A stretch of 64,000 nt of DNA from Patescibacteria group bacterium (GCA_026004595.1 BPJL01000005.1:11263-75262), one strand, 5' to 3'. Positions 9,638-19,848 are shown, counted from the stretch's first letter. The notes: generated by a model from the letters alone, not told the origin. Numbers and translations are program-made.

Positions 9638-10444
9638 ATGAAAAACAGCACTCTTATGATTCTTTTCCTTTTGTTTCTAATAATAGTTTTGGGAGGTGGG
9701 CTATTTTTACTCTCAGACAGAATGCCCGGAGGAACCGCAGTTAACACGTCGAATATTACCCAAGAATCAGTCTCCCAGCCGATTGTGGTCAAGGATCGCG
9801 CAACTACGGAAAGTGTACTTCTTCCCAAGGGATGGAAAAGCTACTCAAACACCGATCTCAGATTCACTATAAATTACCCCGAAAAAGCCTTTTCTTTTAA
9901 TGGTTCGTGTGAACAAAAGGTAGAAGGATCAAAAGCTTCGTATAGGCCAAAAACTACGGAAGTTCCTGTAGGTGTATACGAAGATACTGACGGCATTCAC
10001 ATTTACTTCGATTACTTGTATGAGTTAGGAGATCCAGAAACACTTAACGGAATAACATATTTCGGCTCCTGCACTAAGAAAACAGTAAACTTGGCTTATC
10101 TAAAAGAAAACGTGTCTTCATGGCACATCATCGCAAAACCAGTCACCTCAAAAACTGCTTTGGAGTCTTTCATTAAAGATAAATTCGGATCCGGATGCTC
10201 AATAGACACAATGACTGCCTCCGCAACAAACAACAAAGTTTACGACGTAAAAATAAAAGGGGATGGTTTGGATTTAGGCCAGACAAAATGTCCAATAAAT
10301 TACATCTACGTCTTGAAATATGTTCCTGACATAGGAATGGCATACACCTACAATTTAGGGCAGGCTTACACATTCGCCAAAACTGCTGACGGTTCGCAAA
10401 GCTACGATCAGGAAATGGCGGAAAGTTTTGCTCCCATACTTTAG
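9638..10444 (+). CDS. Hypothetical secreted or membrane-anchored protein (268 aa).
   Basis: N-terminal hydrophobic helix followed by a Cys-containing soluble domain. Confidence 0.45.
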   Translation: MKNSTLMILFLLFLIIVLGGGLFLLSDRMPGGTAVNTSNITQESVSQPIVVKDRATTESVLLPKGWKSYSNTDLRFTINYPEKAFSFNGSCEQKVEGSKASYRPKTTEVPVGVYEDTDGIHIYFDYLYELGDPETLNGITYFGSCTKKTVNLAYLKENVSSWHIIAKPVTSKTALESFIKDKFGSGCSIDTMTASATNNKVYDVKIKGDGLDLGQTKCPINYIYVLKYVPDIGMAYTYNLGQAYTFAKTADGSQSYDQEMAESFAPIL

Positions 10445-10486
10445 AGTTTCAGCCAAAAAACTACTTTACTTTAACATAATTGTAAA

Positions 10487-11851
10487 ATGTTTATATCTAA
10501 AGAAACTTTATCCAAATTAAGCCGGTGGTTTCATATGCCCGTTCATATTGTCCTAGGATTTTTATGTGGGCTGTTGGTAGCGTATTTCTCCCGTAACACA
10601 AGTATTTTATTTATGTCTGTTCTGGGCGTAATCGGGTCATTACTTCCAGATATAGACCATCTCTTGTATATATATATTTATGCAAGAAAAACAGAGTATG
10701 CCCGACTTCTTCGTATCCGAATAAAAAACCGCGAACTCCGAGAACTGTTTAGATTTGCTTCTGCCAACCATAAACTAAACACCAAAATATACTCTCACAA
10801 CTTGCTCACCGTATTAATTACCGTGATTTTCTTCTCGTATTTTGCTTTTGCCCAAGATAATTACAATGCGGCCGCCTTTACACTTGGAATGATTTCGCAC
10901 TATTTTTACGATATATTTGAGGACTGGCTCTTGCTAGGGCGGATAAATCCTAACTGGTTTCTTTTATTTGGCAGACAGAAAGTTAACATTCCACATGCCA
11001 TAAAAAAAGTACTGACATTTGGAAAGCTCATACGTTTCTTTCCTAACATCTTCAGCGCGTTTCCTTTATTCTACGGTTATCTCTTAGCAAAAGGGTATTA
11101 TCTTTCACTTAGAGAATTCGGTTTTATAACTCTGACTATTTTTCTTTTCTCACCAATGTTTTACGGAGCTATATACATAATGGACGACATAAAAGATTTG
11201 GAATTAGACAAGAAACATCCGATAAAAAGCAGAGGCAGGGCTATTGCGTCCGGTGAAGTTTCTTTGATAGCTGCCAAAAGGACTTTTAAAATACTTTTGT
11301 TTTTTTCGCTTATTTTTTCCTTGATGCTGTCACATATATTATTTGTTTCGTTATTGGTTTTTCTTGTGCTAAATCTTATATATCTTTTCTTCCTTAGAAA
11401 ACTACCTCTACTTGACCTATTAGCTAGCACAATCCTTCATTCAATGAAATTGATAGTTGGACTATTACTTGCAGGCAGCTCCCCTCTGTTGTTTACTGCT
11501 CTTATCATTACCGATATCCTAGCTTACTTGAGTATTGTGACTGGGAAGAGGGTTTATGAGATGAGGGAGGGGTACATAACCCCTTTTATCCCTGATACGA
11601 ATTACTACGATTATTTAAAGATGTTTCAATACATTGTCTACTTTGTGTCTTTGGCATATTTTGTACAAACTGCGGGGCAGCCGGGTTTCGTTTACAGATT
11701 AATCATAACACTCATGGCCTTATCTCTTACTGTTTTATACAAACCAAAAACAGCTATCAAATCTTTTGTTGATTTTATCAGCTATGGAGATGACCGAGAA
11801 GGCATATTTACCAAAGTGTTTAATATCAAAATCTGGAAAAGAGGAAGCTAA
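10487..11851 (+). CDS. Polytopic membrane protein. The N-terminal region resembles YdjM/DUF457 metal-dependent hydrolases and the C-terminal half carries a UbiA-like prenyltransferase motif.
   Basis: 'GSLLPDIDH' in the N-terminal helices. 'IMDDIKDLELDKKHPIKSRGRAIASGEVS' resembles the UbiA NDxxDxxxD...K.R.P..SG motif. Confidence 0.45.
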   Translation: MFISKETLSKLSRWFHMPVHIVLGFLCGLLVAYFSRNTSILFMSVLGVIGSLLPDIDHLLYIYIYARKTEYARLLRIRIKNRELRELFRFASANHKLNTKIYSHNLLTVLITVIFFSYFAFAQDNYNAAAFTLGMISHYFYDIFEDWLLLGRINPNWFLLFGRQKVNIPHAIKKVLTFGKLIRFFPNIFSAFPLFYGYLLAKGYYLSLREFGFITLTIFLFSPMFYGAIYIMDDIKDLELDKKHPIKSRGRAIASGEVSLIAAKRTFKILLFFSLIFSLMLSHILFVSLLVFLVLNLIYLFFLRKLPLLDLLASTILHSMKLIVGLLLAGSSPLLFTALIITDILAYLSIVTGKRVYEMREGYITPFIPDTNYYDYLKMFQYIVYFVSLAYFVQTAGQPGFVYRLIITLMALSLTVLYKPKTAIKSFVDFISYGDDREGIFTKVFNIKIWKRGS

Positions 11852-11959
11852 AATGATTGAGCAGAAAGCCCTATTATAACCTCTATGTTGTCATGTTCGC
11901 TGGTTTTGTTACTCTTAATTTTTCCACATTTTATGCATTTATGTACAACCGCAATCTCA

Positions 11960-12151
11960 CTATGTTTTTTTTGCAATTCCGACAGGTTCCATTAGACCTT
12001 CGCAGGTATTTGCGCGGTCTCCTGGATTTATATCTACATGCTCGCTGTATAAACATCTTGGGCAGTGATTAGTGTACCCATTACCTATAACAAAATAACC
12101 GCAGTTTTTACAAATAAAATTTTCTTTTTTCTTTTGGAAAAGTTTGGGCAT
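11960..12151 (-). CDS. RNHCP domain-containing small zinc-ribbon protein (63 aa).
   Basis: 'CKNCG...TNHCPRCLYSEHVD...PGDRANTCEGLMEPVG' matches the RNHCP-family pattern. Its ATG overlaps the upstream stop by 1 nt (TAATG). Confidence 0.55.
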   Translation of the reverse strand: MPKLFQKKKENFICKNCGYFVIGNGYTNHCPRCLYSEHVDINPGDRANTCEGLMEPVGIAKKT

Positions 12152-13131
12152 TAATCCATTATTGTATTAATAAATTCAGCAGTCACCTTGGCGGCATTTA
12201 GGAAATTTTCATACGGCGCCTTCTGGCTCATTAAACAGACTATCAATTCAGATTCTGTAACCGTGGATTTTACCACGCCGCAATCATGCCACGATTCTGG
12301 CCAGTTCCCGATTTTGTGAGAAAAAATTAGATTTTCTTCCAGATAGGGAGATATACGATCTTCAAAAGAAGTGTCAGTCATGAGATCAAATAAGTATTGC
12401 TTGTGTTGGGAATTTAGATATTTTCCAAAATACAACTCTTCGATAACTTTTCCGATTTCGTACGGGGTGGATAGGTTGTAGCGGTAAAATGTGCTCGTGT
12501 CTTTATCCGGTACAACAGTGTCAAAAGTATCTTGAATATTTTTATAACTCAAAGTACGGAGTAAAATGTTCTGGGCAGTGTTATCGCTATTTTTTAACAA
12601 TTCAGTTAGTATCTCTCTAATTTTAAGCTGGATTCCATGAGAGTAACCTCCTATAACACCGGTACCCGCTGCATAATCATAAGGTAAATATGTAGCAGTA
12701 TCATCCAGACTTAATTTTCCCTTTTCTACCTCTTTTAATACGGCCGCGGCAATTGGTACTTTATACAACGAGGCGGTATAGAATTCACTTTTTTCGTTGT
12801 ATTTAAGTTCCATCCCCGAGCCGATATCTTTTATGTATAACCCATAAAAACCCGGTTCTATAGTAAGTTTTTTGGTTAGTTCTTCAAACTTTATCTCTGC
12901 GTTGGTATATCCTATTTCGTCTTTTATCACTGGCCGCGCCCCTTTTTCTGTATTTTCAATGTTTCGCTGGTAAACTACTTCCTTGACGAAATTTTTTTCA
13001 AATAGTTTGATATTAAATTTGTCGCTCAAAACAAGTATAAAAAAGGTTACAGCTGCCAATATAGGTAGGAATATAAGGAGAAAGTCTGTATCTTTATTGA
13101 AACCTCGGCCTTTTTTGGCAGTTTCCACCAC
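12151..13131 (-). CDS. Class A beta-lactamase-like serine hydrolase with an N-terminal membrane anchor.
   Basis: S-x-x-K 'TASLYK', SDN 'KNSDNTAQN' and a KTG-like 'HKIGNW'. 326 aa with an N-terminal TM helix. Confidence 0.65.
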   Translation of the reverse strand: MVETAKKGRGFNKDTDFLLIFLPILAAVTFFILVLSDKFNIKLFEKNFVKEVVYQRNIENTEKGARPVIKDEIGYTNAEIKFEELTKKLTIEPGFYGLYIKDIGSGMELKYNEKSEFYTASLYKVPIAAAVLKEVEKGKLSLDDTATYLPYDYAAGTGVIGGYSHGIQLKIREILTELLKNSDNTAQNILLRTLSYKNIQDTFDTVVPDKDTSTFYRYNLSTPYEIGKVIEELYFGKYLNSQHKQYLFDLMTDTSFEDRISPYLEENLIFSHKIGNWPESWHDCGVVKSTVTESELIVCLMSQKAPYENFLNAAKVTAEFINTIMD

Positions 13132-13283
13132 ACATTAATTTAACCAGATAATATCGCAAAATCAAAGAATTTTGATAAAATTATGTGTGTTGTAGGACTT
13201 TTGTGCTTTTGTTGCTTGGCAGGCGACCCTAGAGCGTTCGCAGATTGAAAGTATTTGATAGTAGATTAGAAGGTTATCTTTTC

Positions 13284-13360
13284 GGGCCTGTAGCTCAGCT
13301 GGTTAGAGCGTTCGGTTTACATCCGAAAGGTCCCTGGTTCGATCCCAGGCAGGCCCACCA
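13284..13360 (+). tRNA. tRNA-Val (anticodon TAC), 3' CCA encoded.
   Basis: Acceptor stem GGGCCTG/CAGGCCC, anticodon stem TTCGG/CCGAA, loop TTTACAT. Confidence 0.85.
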
Positions 13361-13369
13361 TAAATAAAA

Positions 13370-14176
13370 ATGCCTGAATTTGCAGTATCATCGTATTACG
13401 AAAACGAGTTTGAAAAAGACCCCGAAGCTGTCTTTATAGATGTCCATAGTGAAGAACAGGAAGTAACATACGGGTGCGGACCGGCGGTTCTTACGGACAT
13501 ACTCAAAACACTTAATTATAGTGTCACCCAGAATGAGATTCTTGAAGAGGCAAGAAAAGGTGTTGAGATTATTCCGGGTAAAGACCCAGCCTTGACGATC
13601 GAAAAGATAGGAACCCCAACGCAAGTTATGAAGGACATTTTGGAAAGACATGGTGTTAGTATTGACGTAAAAGAATCGGTTTCTGAAATCAATGAAGAAA
13701 CAAAAGAAGAAGCAGAAAAATACCTTGATAAAACATTAGAGTCAGGGAAAGTAATAATATGCCCCGTACAAACAATTCCTGACTACGGCTACCAAAGAAA
13801 TATTAACGAGGATGGACATTACGTAATCGTTTGCGGTAAGGTGACAATTAGCGGAAGAAAATATTACATAACCGTTGACCCGATGTTTCACAGATACCAG
13901 CGTGCGTCAAATGAAGGCAGTGTTTACTCTTTCCATATGGGAGACAGTTTAAGGGAAGGTATGCCAAAATCGACTCCTTATCGCAGAACGGACACAGTGG
14001 ATACACGAAACTTACGTTACACAGACGAAGAACTAAAAAGTTTTGTTATAGATCCTTCAAAATACGGTTTGAGGTTCGTGGTTGCAAGTCACTTTATAGA
14101 ATATTGGAAGGACGTTTCTGGTTTCGGAGATTTCTATAATTTCTACGGAATTACAGTGAAAATAAAAAAAGATTAG
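13370..14176 (+). CDS. Peptidase C39-like (papain-fold) cysteine peptidase domain protein, cytoplasmic.
   Basis: A Gln sits 7 residues before the 'GCGPAVL' cysteine motif. The later 'DGHYVIVCG' and 'ITVDP' fit the C39 Cys/His/Asp triad order. No signal peptide. Confidence 0.5.
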   Translation: MPEFAVSSYYENEFEKDPEAVFIDVHSEEQEVTYGCGPAVLTDILKTLNYSVTQNEILEEARKGVEIIPGKDPALTIEKIGTPTQVMKDILERHGVSIDVKESVSEINEETKEEAEKYLDKTLESGKVIICPVQTIPDYGYQRNINEDGHYVIVCGKVTISGRKYYITVDPMFHRYQRASNEGSVYSFHMGDSLREGMPKSTPYRRTDTVDTRNLRYTDEELKSFVIDPSKYGLRFVVASHFIEYWKDVSGFGDFYNFYGITVKIKKD

Positions 14177-14485
14177 CCCTCTTATCGTATTTTTACCCCA
14201 TAGTGTAAAATACTCTCGTATAAAGAAGGTTGGTGTGAATAAGAAAGAAATAAAAATGATAAGAGAGTAAGTAAACATATACTTCACAACTTACTACAAT
14301 ATCAAGACGGTGGACATAATATCTGTTTTCGACAACAATAGAGTTACAAAAACGGGTCAAAAATATTTTAAGGTTTTCGTCAAAGTAGACTATGTTGACG
14401 GAAGATTCCAAATGTTTTGGCTCCGAATAAGTGGGGGAGGGAGAAATCCAAATTAAGCAGTAAACTAGCTTACCGCCAATTTTTG

Positions 14486-14540
14486 TTGCAACATACCTCC
14501 ACATGTGCTAAATTATTCGTATCCCCCCATGGGGGAGTGT
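14486..14540 (+). promoter_or_regulatory. Putative sigma70-like promoter plus a palindromic CsoR-type operator upstream of csoR.
   Basis: TTGCAA (14486-14491), a 17-nt spacer, then TAAATT (14509-14514). A perfect 12-bp palindrome CCCCCATGGGGG (14524-14535) sits within GTATCCCCCCATGGGGGAGTGTAT, resembling the GC-tract pseudo-palindromes bound by CsoR. Confidence 0.4.
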
Positions 14541-14810
14541 ATGAACAGCTTAAATGAAAACAAAAAGAAGAACATTCACAGAATAAAAATAATTAAGGGG
14601 CATTTAGATGCTATTGAGAGAATGATAGAAAACGATGCTTATTGTATAGAAGTTCTGAACCAATCTTTAGCAGTTCAGAAAGCTTTGAAAGCATTAGATA
14701 AGCAAATAATTGAAGGGCATTTAAACCACTGCGTGGTCGAGCAAGTCAAAAAAGGCGATTCTAAAAAAATTGTTGAAGATCTACTTGGAATATACAGATA
14801 TAAATTATGA
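14541..14810 (+). CDS. csoR: Copper-sensing transcriptional repressor, CsoR/RcnR family.
   Basis: 'AYCIEVL' and 'HLNHC' give the Cys-His-Cys Cu(I) ligand set, with the DUF156 helical pattern. Start chosen at the ATG at 14541, downstream of the operator. The stop overlaps the next gene. Confidence 0.8.
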   Translation: MNSLNENKKKNIHRIKIIKGHLDAIERMIENDAYCIEVLNQSLAVQKALKALDKQIIEGHLNHCVVEQVKKGDSKKIVEDLLGIYRYKL

Positions 14811-16129
14811 GCGCTACTGCCAACCAAAAACTATATGTTGAGGGTATGCATTGCCCCGCATGCGAATCCCTTATAGAACAAAAGTTAAAAGATAAATCGT
14901 GGGTAAAATACGCAAAAGCATCCTTAGCTAATAACACGGTTGAAATTAATGCAAAATCAAAGATAGATATCGAGGAGCTTAACAAAGAATTTTCTGAAGA
15001 TGGGTACTCGTTTCACGAAACACGCCAGCGCAGCAAAAAAACCGATTTACTAAAAGCGCTAATCATAGCAGTTGCGGCTGTATTGGTTTTCTATTTAAAC
15101 GAAAAAAACGGATTTTTAGGAAAGTTCTCTGTAGACAGCACTTCAGGGTATTTATCTTACTTTATATTCGGTTTAGCTGCGGGAGCGTCGTCTTGCGCTG
15201 CTTTAACCGGCGGTATTCTTCTTTCTTTATCCAAAACATGGGCAAAAATATACACAAATAATAGAAAGCCTTTTCCTTTTGTTCTTTTCAATGTTGGCCG
15301 CATTGCGTCCTTTTTCTTTTTTGGAGGTGTCCTTGGATTTCTCGGCTCACTACTTGGGTTCGATCTCACAGTTTCATCATTTTTCACCATCGTTGTGGCC
15401 CTGTTAATGGCTGTGCTGGGGTTGCAGATGTTAGATATAAAGTGGATTCAAAAATATCGAATAAAGCCGCCTACATTTATTACCAAATACGCTACTAATC
15501 AAAATAATTTTCGGGGCGTGGCAACACCGTTAATCATTGGTGCAGCAACATTTTTTCTTCCTTGTGGTTTTACAATAGTAGCCCAAACAAATGCTTTGGC
15601 TACAGGAAGCTTCGCATTGAGCGCTGTGCTTCTTCTTTCTTTTGCACTCGGAACTCTTCCAATGTTGGCGCTTATAAGTTTTACGAGTGTGAAATTATCA
15701 TCCCACTCCAAGTATTCTCGACTGTTTAGTTATACAGCCGGATTTCTCGTTTTCATTTTTGCTATTTACACTATTAAGTCCCAACTAAATGTATTGGGTG
15801 CTCCCAGCTTATCTTTTTCTGCTAAGGAAAAAGAAGTTAATATGGCCACAAAAAAAGACGAGTACCAAATACTTGAAATTTACGCAAAAGGCTTTGAGTA
15901 TTATCCAAAATATTCAGAAATAGAATCAGGAATTCCGACAAAAATGCGTTTGTATAACGAGGGAGCATACGGCTGTGCCAACACAATAGCCGCCAGAGGC
16001 CTTTTCCAAGGAGCTTTGAGGATAAAGCCGGGATTAAATGAGATTGATATAAACACAGATACGCCCGGAATCTATAAACTCACATGTTCTATGGGAATGG
16101 TGCCTCCTGTAACAATTGTCGTTAAATAA
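14807..16129 (+). CDS. Fusion protein with an N-terminal HMA metal-binding domain, a DsbD_2/TauE-like polytopic membrane domain and a C-terminal cupredoxin-like domain (COG4633-like).
   Basis: 'GMHCPACE' matches the HMA motif. The membrane core has Cys in '[11 protein letters not shown]' and 'FLPCGFT'. The C-terminal ~95 aa carries a Cys/Met pair at 'CSMGM', suggestive of a cupredoxin. The gene lies between csoR and copA. Confidence 0.6.
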   Translation: MSATANQKLYVEGMHCPACESLIEQKLKDKSWVKYAKASLANNTVEINAKSKIDIEELNKEFSEDGYSFHETRQRSKKTDLLKALIIAVAAVLVFYLNEKNGFLGKFSVDSTSGYLSYFIFGLAAGASSCAALTGGILLSLSKTWAKIYTNNRKPFPFVLFNVGRIASFFFFGGVLGFLGSLLGFDLTVSSFFTIVVALLMAVLGLQMLDIKWIQKYRIKPPTFITKYATNQNNFRGVATPLIIGAATFFLPCGFTIVAQTNALATGSFALSAVLLLSFALGTLPMLALISFTSVKLSSHSKYSRLFSYTAGFLVFIFAIYTIKSQLNVLGAPSLSFSAKEKEVNMATKKDEYQILEIYAKGFEYYPKYSEIESGIPTKMRLYNEGAYGCANTIAARGLFQGALRIKPGLNEIDINTDTPGIYKLTCSMGMVPPVTIVVK

Positions 16130-18344
16130 TATGGCTCTAAAAAAAGAAACATACCCAATAATAGGAATGCACTGTGCAAGTTGTAAAACCTTAATAGAAA
16201 GGTCTGTTAGCAGTGTGCCTGGAGTAAACGACGCTTTTGTTAACTTTGCAACAGAAAAACTAACAGTAAATTATGATGACTTAAAGACATCGGTAAAAGA
16301 TATTGCTGGGGCAGTTTCAGCAGCTGGGGATTATAGAATGGTCAGTGAACACGAATCCCACGACAGCCACGATCACGAGCAGAATACAGAAAATAATAAA
16401 TTAAAACGAACGGTTTTATGGGTAGGATCAACATCAGCCCCGTTTCTCATTTTAATGATTTGGATGTATTTGTCTAAGGTTGGTCTTCTTCCAGATCCTG
16501 AGATGACTTTAAGACCTTATTTAAGAGCTATTAACTACACACAGTTTGTTTTAGCCACATTAGTAGTGTTTATCGGAGGACAGTCAATTTACCGTTCTGC
16601 AATAAAATCTTTAGCGGCAAAATCTGCAGGAATGGACACCTTAATAGCTTTGGGTACTTTCACAGCATGGGTGTACTCAACAATAGTAACTTTTGCCCCT
16701 GATCTTTTTCCTGAGGGAGGACAGTATTTTGAAGCGGCCATCTTTATAATTTTCTTTGTTTTACTAGGTAGATTTTTAGAATCAAACGCCAAAAAAAGCA
16801 CTGGTTCAGCGGTTAAGTCTTTAATAGGAATGCAGGTAAAAAAGGCCGTAGTGATTAGACGCGGCAAAGAAGAAGAAATAAACGCGGAAAATGTAGAAAG
16901 AAATGATTTAGTTGTAGTAAAGCCGGGAACAAAGATTCCGGTTGACGGGATAATTGTAGAAGGGAACAGCTCTGTGGATGAGTCTATGATTTCTGGAGAA
17001 CCGATGCCGGTTGAGAAAAAAATTGGAGACAAAGTAATAGGGGGAACAATAAACAACGACGGGTATTTTATATATAAAGCCACTAATGTGGGAAGCGATA
17101 CAATTCTTTCACAAATAATAAGAATGGTCGAAGAGGCCCAAGGCTCGAGAGCAGATATTCAAAGGCTGGCAGACAAAGTCGCCGGTGTTTTTGTACAAGC
17201 GGTAATTGTAATAGCGATAATAACATTAGGCGTCTGGCTATTTTTTAAACCTGGTGATTTTACGTCCGCGTTTTACGCTTTTACTAGCGTGTTGATAATT
17301 GCGTGCCCATGTGCGTTGGGATTAGCCACCCCAACGGCAATTGTTACATCATCGGGTTCTGCTGCAAGAAGCGGAATTTTGGTAAAAGACGCAAGGACTA
17401 TAGAAAAAGCCGCAAAAATAAAACATATCGTGTTTGATAAAACAGGCACAATAACTAAGGGGTACCCACAGGTTCACTCGTATGAGCATATTTCAGCTCA
17501 AATACCACAGGAAAAACTCCTATCTTTAGTTTTGGCATTAGAATCAAGATCCGAACACCCGTTGGCAAGTGCAATTGTTGATTATTTAGCTATCAGAGGA
17601 ATTGTTAAAACAGAAGATGTCAATGAATTTAAAAATATACCGGGCAGGGGAATAGAGGGTAGAGTAGGGGAGTTCAAGATTTTTGTGGGCCGTCTTGAAG
17701 ATGAGAAATTCAAGGGAACGGGGACGGACACACCGGTCGGGGTAATTATAAATAACGACGTTGCGGGGGTGTTTTTCTTAAGAGATGAGATTAAAGATAA
17801 TGTCCATGAAATAATTGAGAAATTAGAAAAACAAGGAATAAACACATACTTGCTAACTGGAGATACTAAAAATAATGCTCAATTCGTAGCTGAAGCTGCG
17901 GGAATAAAAAATGTTATGGCAGAGGTGCTACCGTCACAGAAAGCGGAAGTCGTCAGCGATTTGAAGAAAAGGTATCCCAAAGATATGGTAGCTATGGTGG
18001 GGGACGGTATAAACGATTCCCCAGCTCTCGCAACATCTGATGTGGGAATAGCCATGGGTACCGGAACAGACGTAGCAATGCAAACAGGAGATGTGATCAT
18101 ATTGGGTGGAGATATATCTAAAGTATACAAATTAATAAAAATCTCAAGAAGGACAATGAAAATTATCAAAGAAAATCTTTGGTGGGCGTTTGGGTACAAT
18201 ACTATCGGGATTCCTGTGGCGGCTGGTGTCATGTATCCTTTTTGGGGGTTAATGCTTTCTCCGGCGATTGCTGCAGCAGCCATGGCGCTGAGTTCTATTA
18301 GTGTTGTATTGAATAGTTTGAGATTGGGAAGAGTTTACCATTAA
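16116..18344 (+). CDS. copA: Copper-translocating P1B-type ATPase.
   Basis: HMA 'GMHCASCK', His-rich stretch '[10 protein letters not shown]', TM CPC '[11 protein letters not shown]', phosphorylation site 'DKTGTIT' and hinge '[10 protein letters not shown]'. Confidence 0.95.
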   Translation: MSLNNMALKKETYPIIGMHCASCKTLIERSVSSVPGVNDAFVNFATEKLTVNYDDLKTSVKDIAGAVSAAGDYRMVSEHESHDSHDHEQNTENNKLKRTVLWVGSTSAPFLILMIWMYLSKVGLLPDPEMTLRPYLRAINYTQFVLATLVVFIGGQSIYRSAIKSLAAKSAGMDTLIALGTFTAWVYSTIVTFAPDLFPEGGQYFEAAIFIIFFVLLGRFLESNAKKSTGSAVKSLIGMQVKKAVVIRRGKEEEINAENVERNDLVVVKPGTKIPVDGIIVEGNSSVDESMISGEPMPVEKKIGDKVIGGTINNDGYFIYKATNVGSDTILSQIIRMVEEAQGSRADIQRLADKVAGVFVQAVIVIAIITLGVWLFFKPGDFTSAFYAFTSVLIIACPCALGLATPTAIVTSSGSAARSGILVKDARTIEKAAKIKHIVFDKTGTITKGYPQVHSYEHISAQIPQEKLLSLVLALESRSEHPLASAIVDYLAIRGIVKTEDVNEFKNIPGRGIEGRVGEFKIFVGRLEDEKFKGTGTDTPVGVIINNDVAGVFFLRDEIKDNVHEIIEKLEKQGINTYLLTGDTKNNAQFVAEAAGIKNVMAEVLPSQKAEVVSDLKKRYPKDMVAMVGDGINDSPALATSDVGIAMGTGTDVAMQTGDVIILGGDISKVYKLIKISRRTMKIIKENLWWAFGYNTIGIPVAAGVMYPFWGLMLSPAIAAAAMALSSISVVLNSLRLGRVYH

Positions 18345-18345
18345 A

Positions 18346-19083
18346 CTACAGATTTGGATTAAAAGATTCGGTATAAATAGCAAAATCGCTCAACCCCGCC
18401 CCCTTAATGATTTCAAAGGCGTCTCTTATCATATCCATGTTACCGCATAGGTAAAAATCAGTTCCTTCTTTCAAGTATTCGGGAAGTAAAGCTGTTACAC
18501 GACCTGGATAATATGGTGGTTTCAAGTCTCCGTATACACCAGAAAGAGAAATTAGGTATTTAAATTTGCCTGATTTCTCAAGCTTTTTAAATTTATCTTC
18601 AAAAAACACCTCTTCTTCGTTTCTGACTCCGAAAATCAACGTTACAGCTTCAACTTCCTTGTCTCCCACTGCTAGCTTCATCATCGGAATAAAAGGTGCT
18701 ATTCCGGTAGAGGTAGCCAAGAAAATAACCCTTTTCCTTGCCGGCACATGGTAGAAAAAACGTCCAGAAGGCCCTACAAAGCTCACCGGCGAGCCTTTTT
18801 GGAGGTTTTTGATGTAGTTAGCTCCCAACCCAGGAACGCCCGTTAAAGCAACCAGCTCGATGTCCCCACCCGGTTTATCAGAGCAAATTGAGTACGATCG
18901 ATAAGAATCTTCGCTTACTTGAAGGTTTATAAACTGACCCGGCCTAAAATCAAAATTTTTCTCGTCAGAACATCTAATTTTGAGCCATGTAATCATGGGG
19001 GAGACCTCTTTTTTATCCATTATTGTTCCTTTGCGCATTTTGGGAGCTACCATGGGGTATATGGTAACATAGGAGCATGGCAT
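18346..19083 (-). CDS. FAD/NAD(P)-binding oxidoreductase of the ferredoxin-NADP+ reductase (FNR) family.
   Basis: 'RPGQFINLQV', 'RSYSICS' (the RxYS FAD motif), 'GPSGRF' and 'CGNMDM'. No C-terminal Fe-S cysteine cluster. The true start may be an internal Met (MDKKEV...). Confidence 0.65.
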   Translation of the reverse strand: MPCSYVTIYPMVAPKMRKGTIMDKKEVSPMITWLKIRCSDEKNFDFRPGQFINLQVSEDSYRSYSICSDKPGGDIELVALTGVPGLGANYIKNLQKGSPVSFVGPSGRFFYHVPARKRVIFLATSTGIAPFIPMMKLAVGDKEVEAVTLIFGVRNEEEVFFEDKFKKLEKSGKFKYLISLSGVYGDLKPPYYPGRVTALLPEYLKEGTDFYLCGNMDMIRDAFEIIKGAGLSDFAIYTESFNPNL

Positions 19084-19532
19084 TTCGCACTAAACGTAAG
19101 GTTGTAATATTTTTGGCCATCACCTTCGCTTTTGGTGTAGGGTTTGTAGTACTAATAAGACTTTCCTCACCGAAACTTTCTTATCAAATAAAAACATCCA
19201 TAGTAGATGACGCCCCACAGATACCTTTGGAGGTTGCTGTACAACCTCGTTCTCTGTCTTTTGTGACAAAGTTTTACGATTTGACTGGTAATTTCAACGC
19301 GGCTCAACTTAAGAGGACATTAAAATTCCAACAATCTTTTCCATTTTTGGTTGTTGATCCAAACATCACTGTTGTGCTGACCGAGCAGGAAGTGTACGAA
19401 GAGGAGTCTTTTGTTTATTACGAGATTTCAGGTTCGGTGAAAAATCTCAAGCCTGGAGATTATAAATTTTCTATAGTGGATATGTTTGGAAACCTGATTG
19501 ATGAAACTTTTGTCACGGTTCCAGGGGAGTGA
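19077..19532 (+). CDS. Hypothetical membrane-anchored protein (151 aa).
   Basis: N-terminal TM helix and a beta-rich soluble domain. Confidence 0.4.
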   Translation: MAFRTKRKVVIFLAITFAFGVGFVVLIRLSSPKLSYQIKTSIVDDAPQIPLEVAVQPRSLSFVTKFYDLTGNFNAAQLKRTLKFQQSFPFLVVDPNITVVLTEQEVYEEESFVYYEISGSVKNLKPGDYKFSIVDMFGNLIDETFVTVPGE

Positions 19533-19599
19533 GAAGACAGCTGTGATGTCCAAAAACCCTTTTCTAGTGCTATAATTCGCTAGAACGTTTCGACTGTGT

Positions 19600-19673
19600 T
19601 GGGGGATCGTCTAACGGTAGGACTGCGGGTTTTGGTCCCGCCTATTGGGGTTCGAATCCCTATCCCCCAGCCA
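19600..19673 (+). tRNA. tRNA-Gln (anticodon TTG) with a U1-A72 pair, 3' CCA encoded.
   Basis: Acceptor stem TGGGGGA/TCCCCCA, anticodon stem GCGGG/CCCGC, loop TTTTGGT. Confidence 0.7.
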
Positions 19674-19803
19674 GAAAATCCTCTAAGGATAAAAACATAA
19701 AACGACTGCCATTGAATATAGATTTAAACTAATAGTAAATTCAGGAACAAAAATAGTGTTTTTTGTTAGTGTGTGTAATGTGTGCAAATAGAATTAAATA
19801 GAA

Positions 19804-19844
19804 AAGGTTGGTTTAGGCTGTATTGTAAAACCCAAACCAACCTT
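19804..19844. terminator. Bidirectional rho-independent terminator hairpin.
   Basis: An 11-bp perfect stem AAGGTTGGTTT / AAACCAACCTT with T-rich flanks on both strands. It sits between tRNA-Gln and the 3' end of the minus-strand gene. Confidence 0.5.
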
Positions 19845-19848
19845 ATTA

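Noticed and set aside
14057-14504. Minus-strand ORFs (76 and 103 aa) in the C39-peptidase to csoR intergenic region.
   Set aside because: AT-rich with low-complexity translation. The region is better explained as promoter and operator DNA for csoR.
16589-18283. Three antisense ORFs (164, 87 and 134 aa) inside copA.
   Set aside because: They are opposite an unambiguous P-type ATPase and have no motifs of their own.
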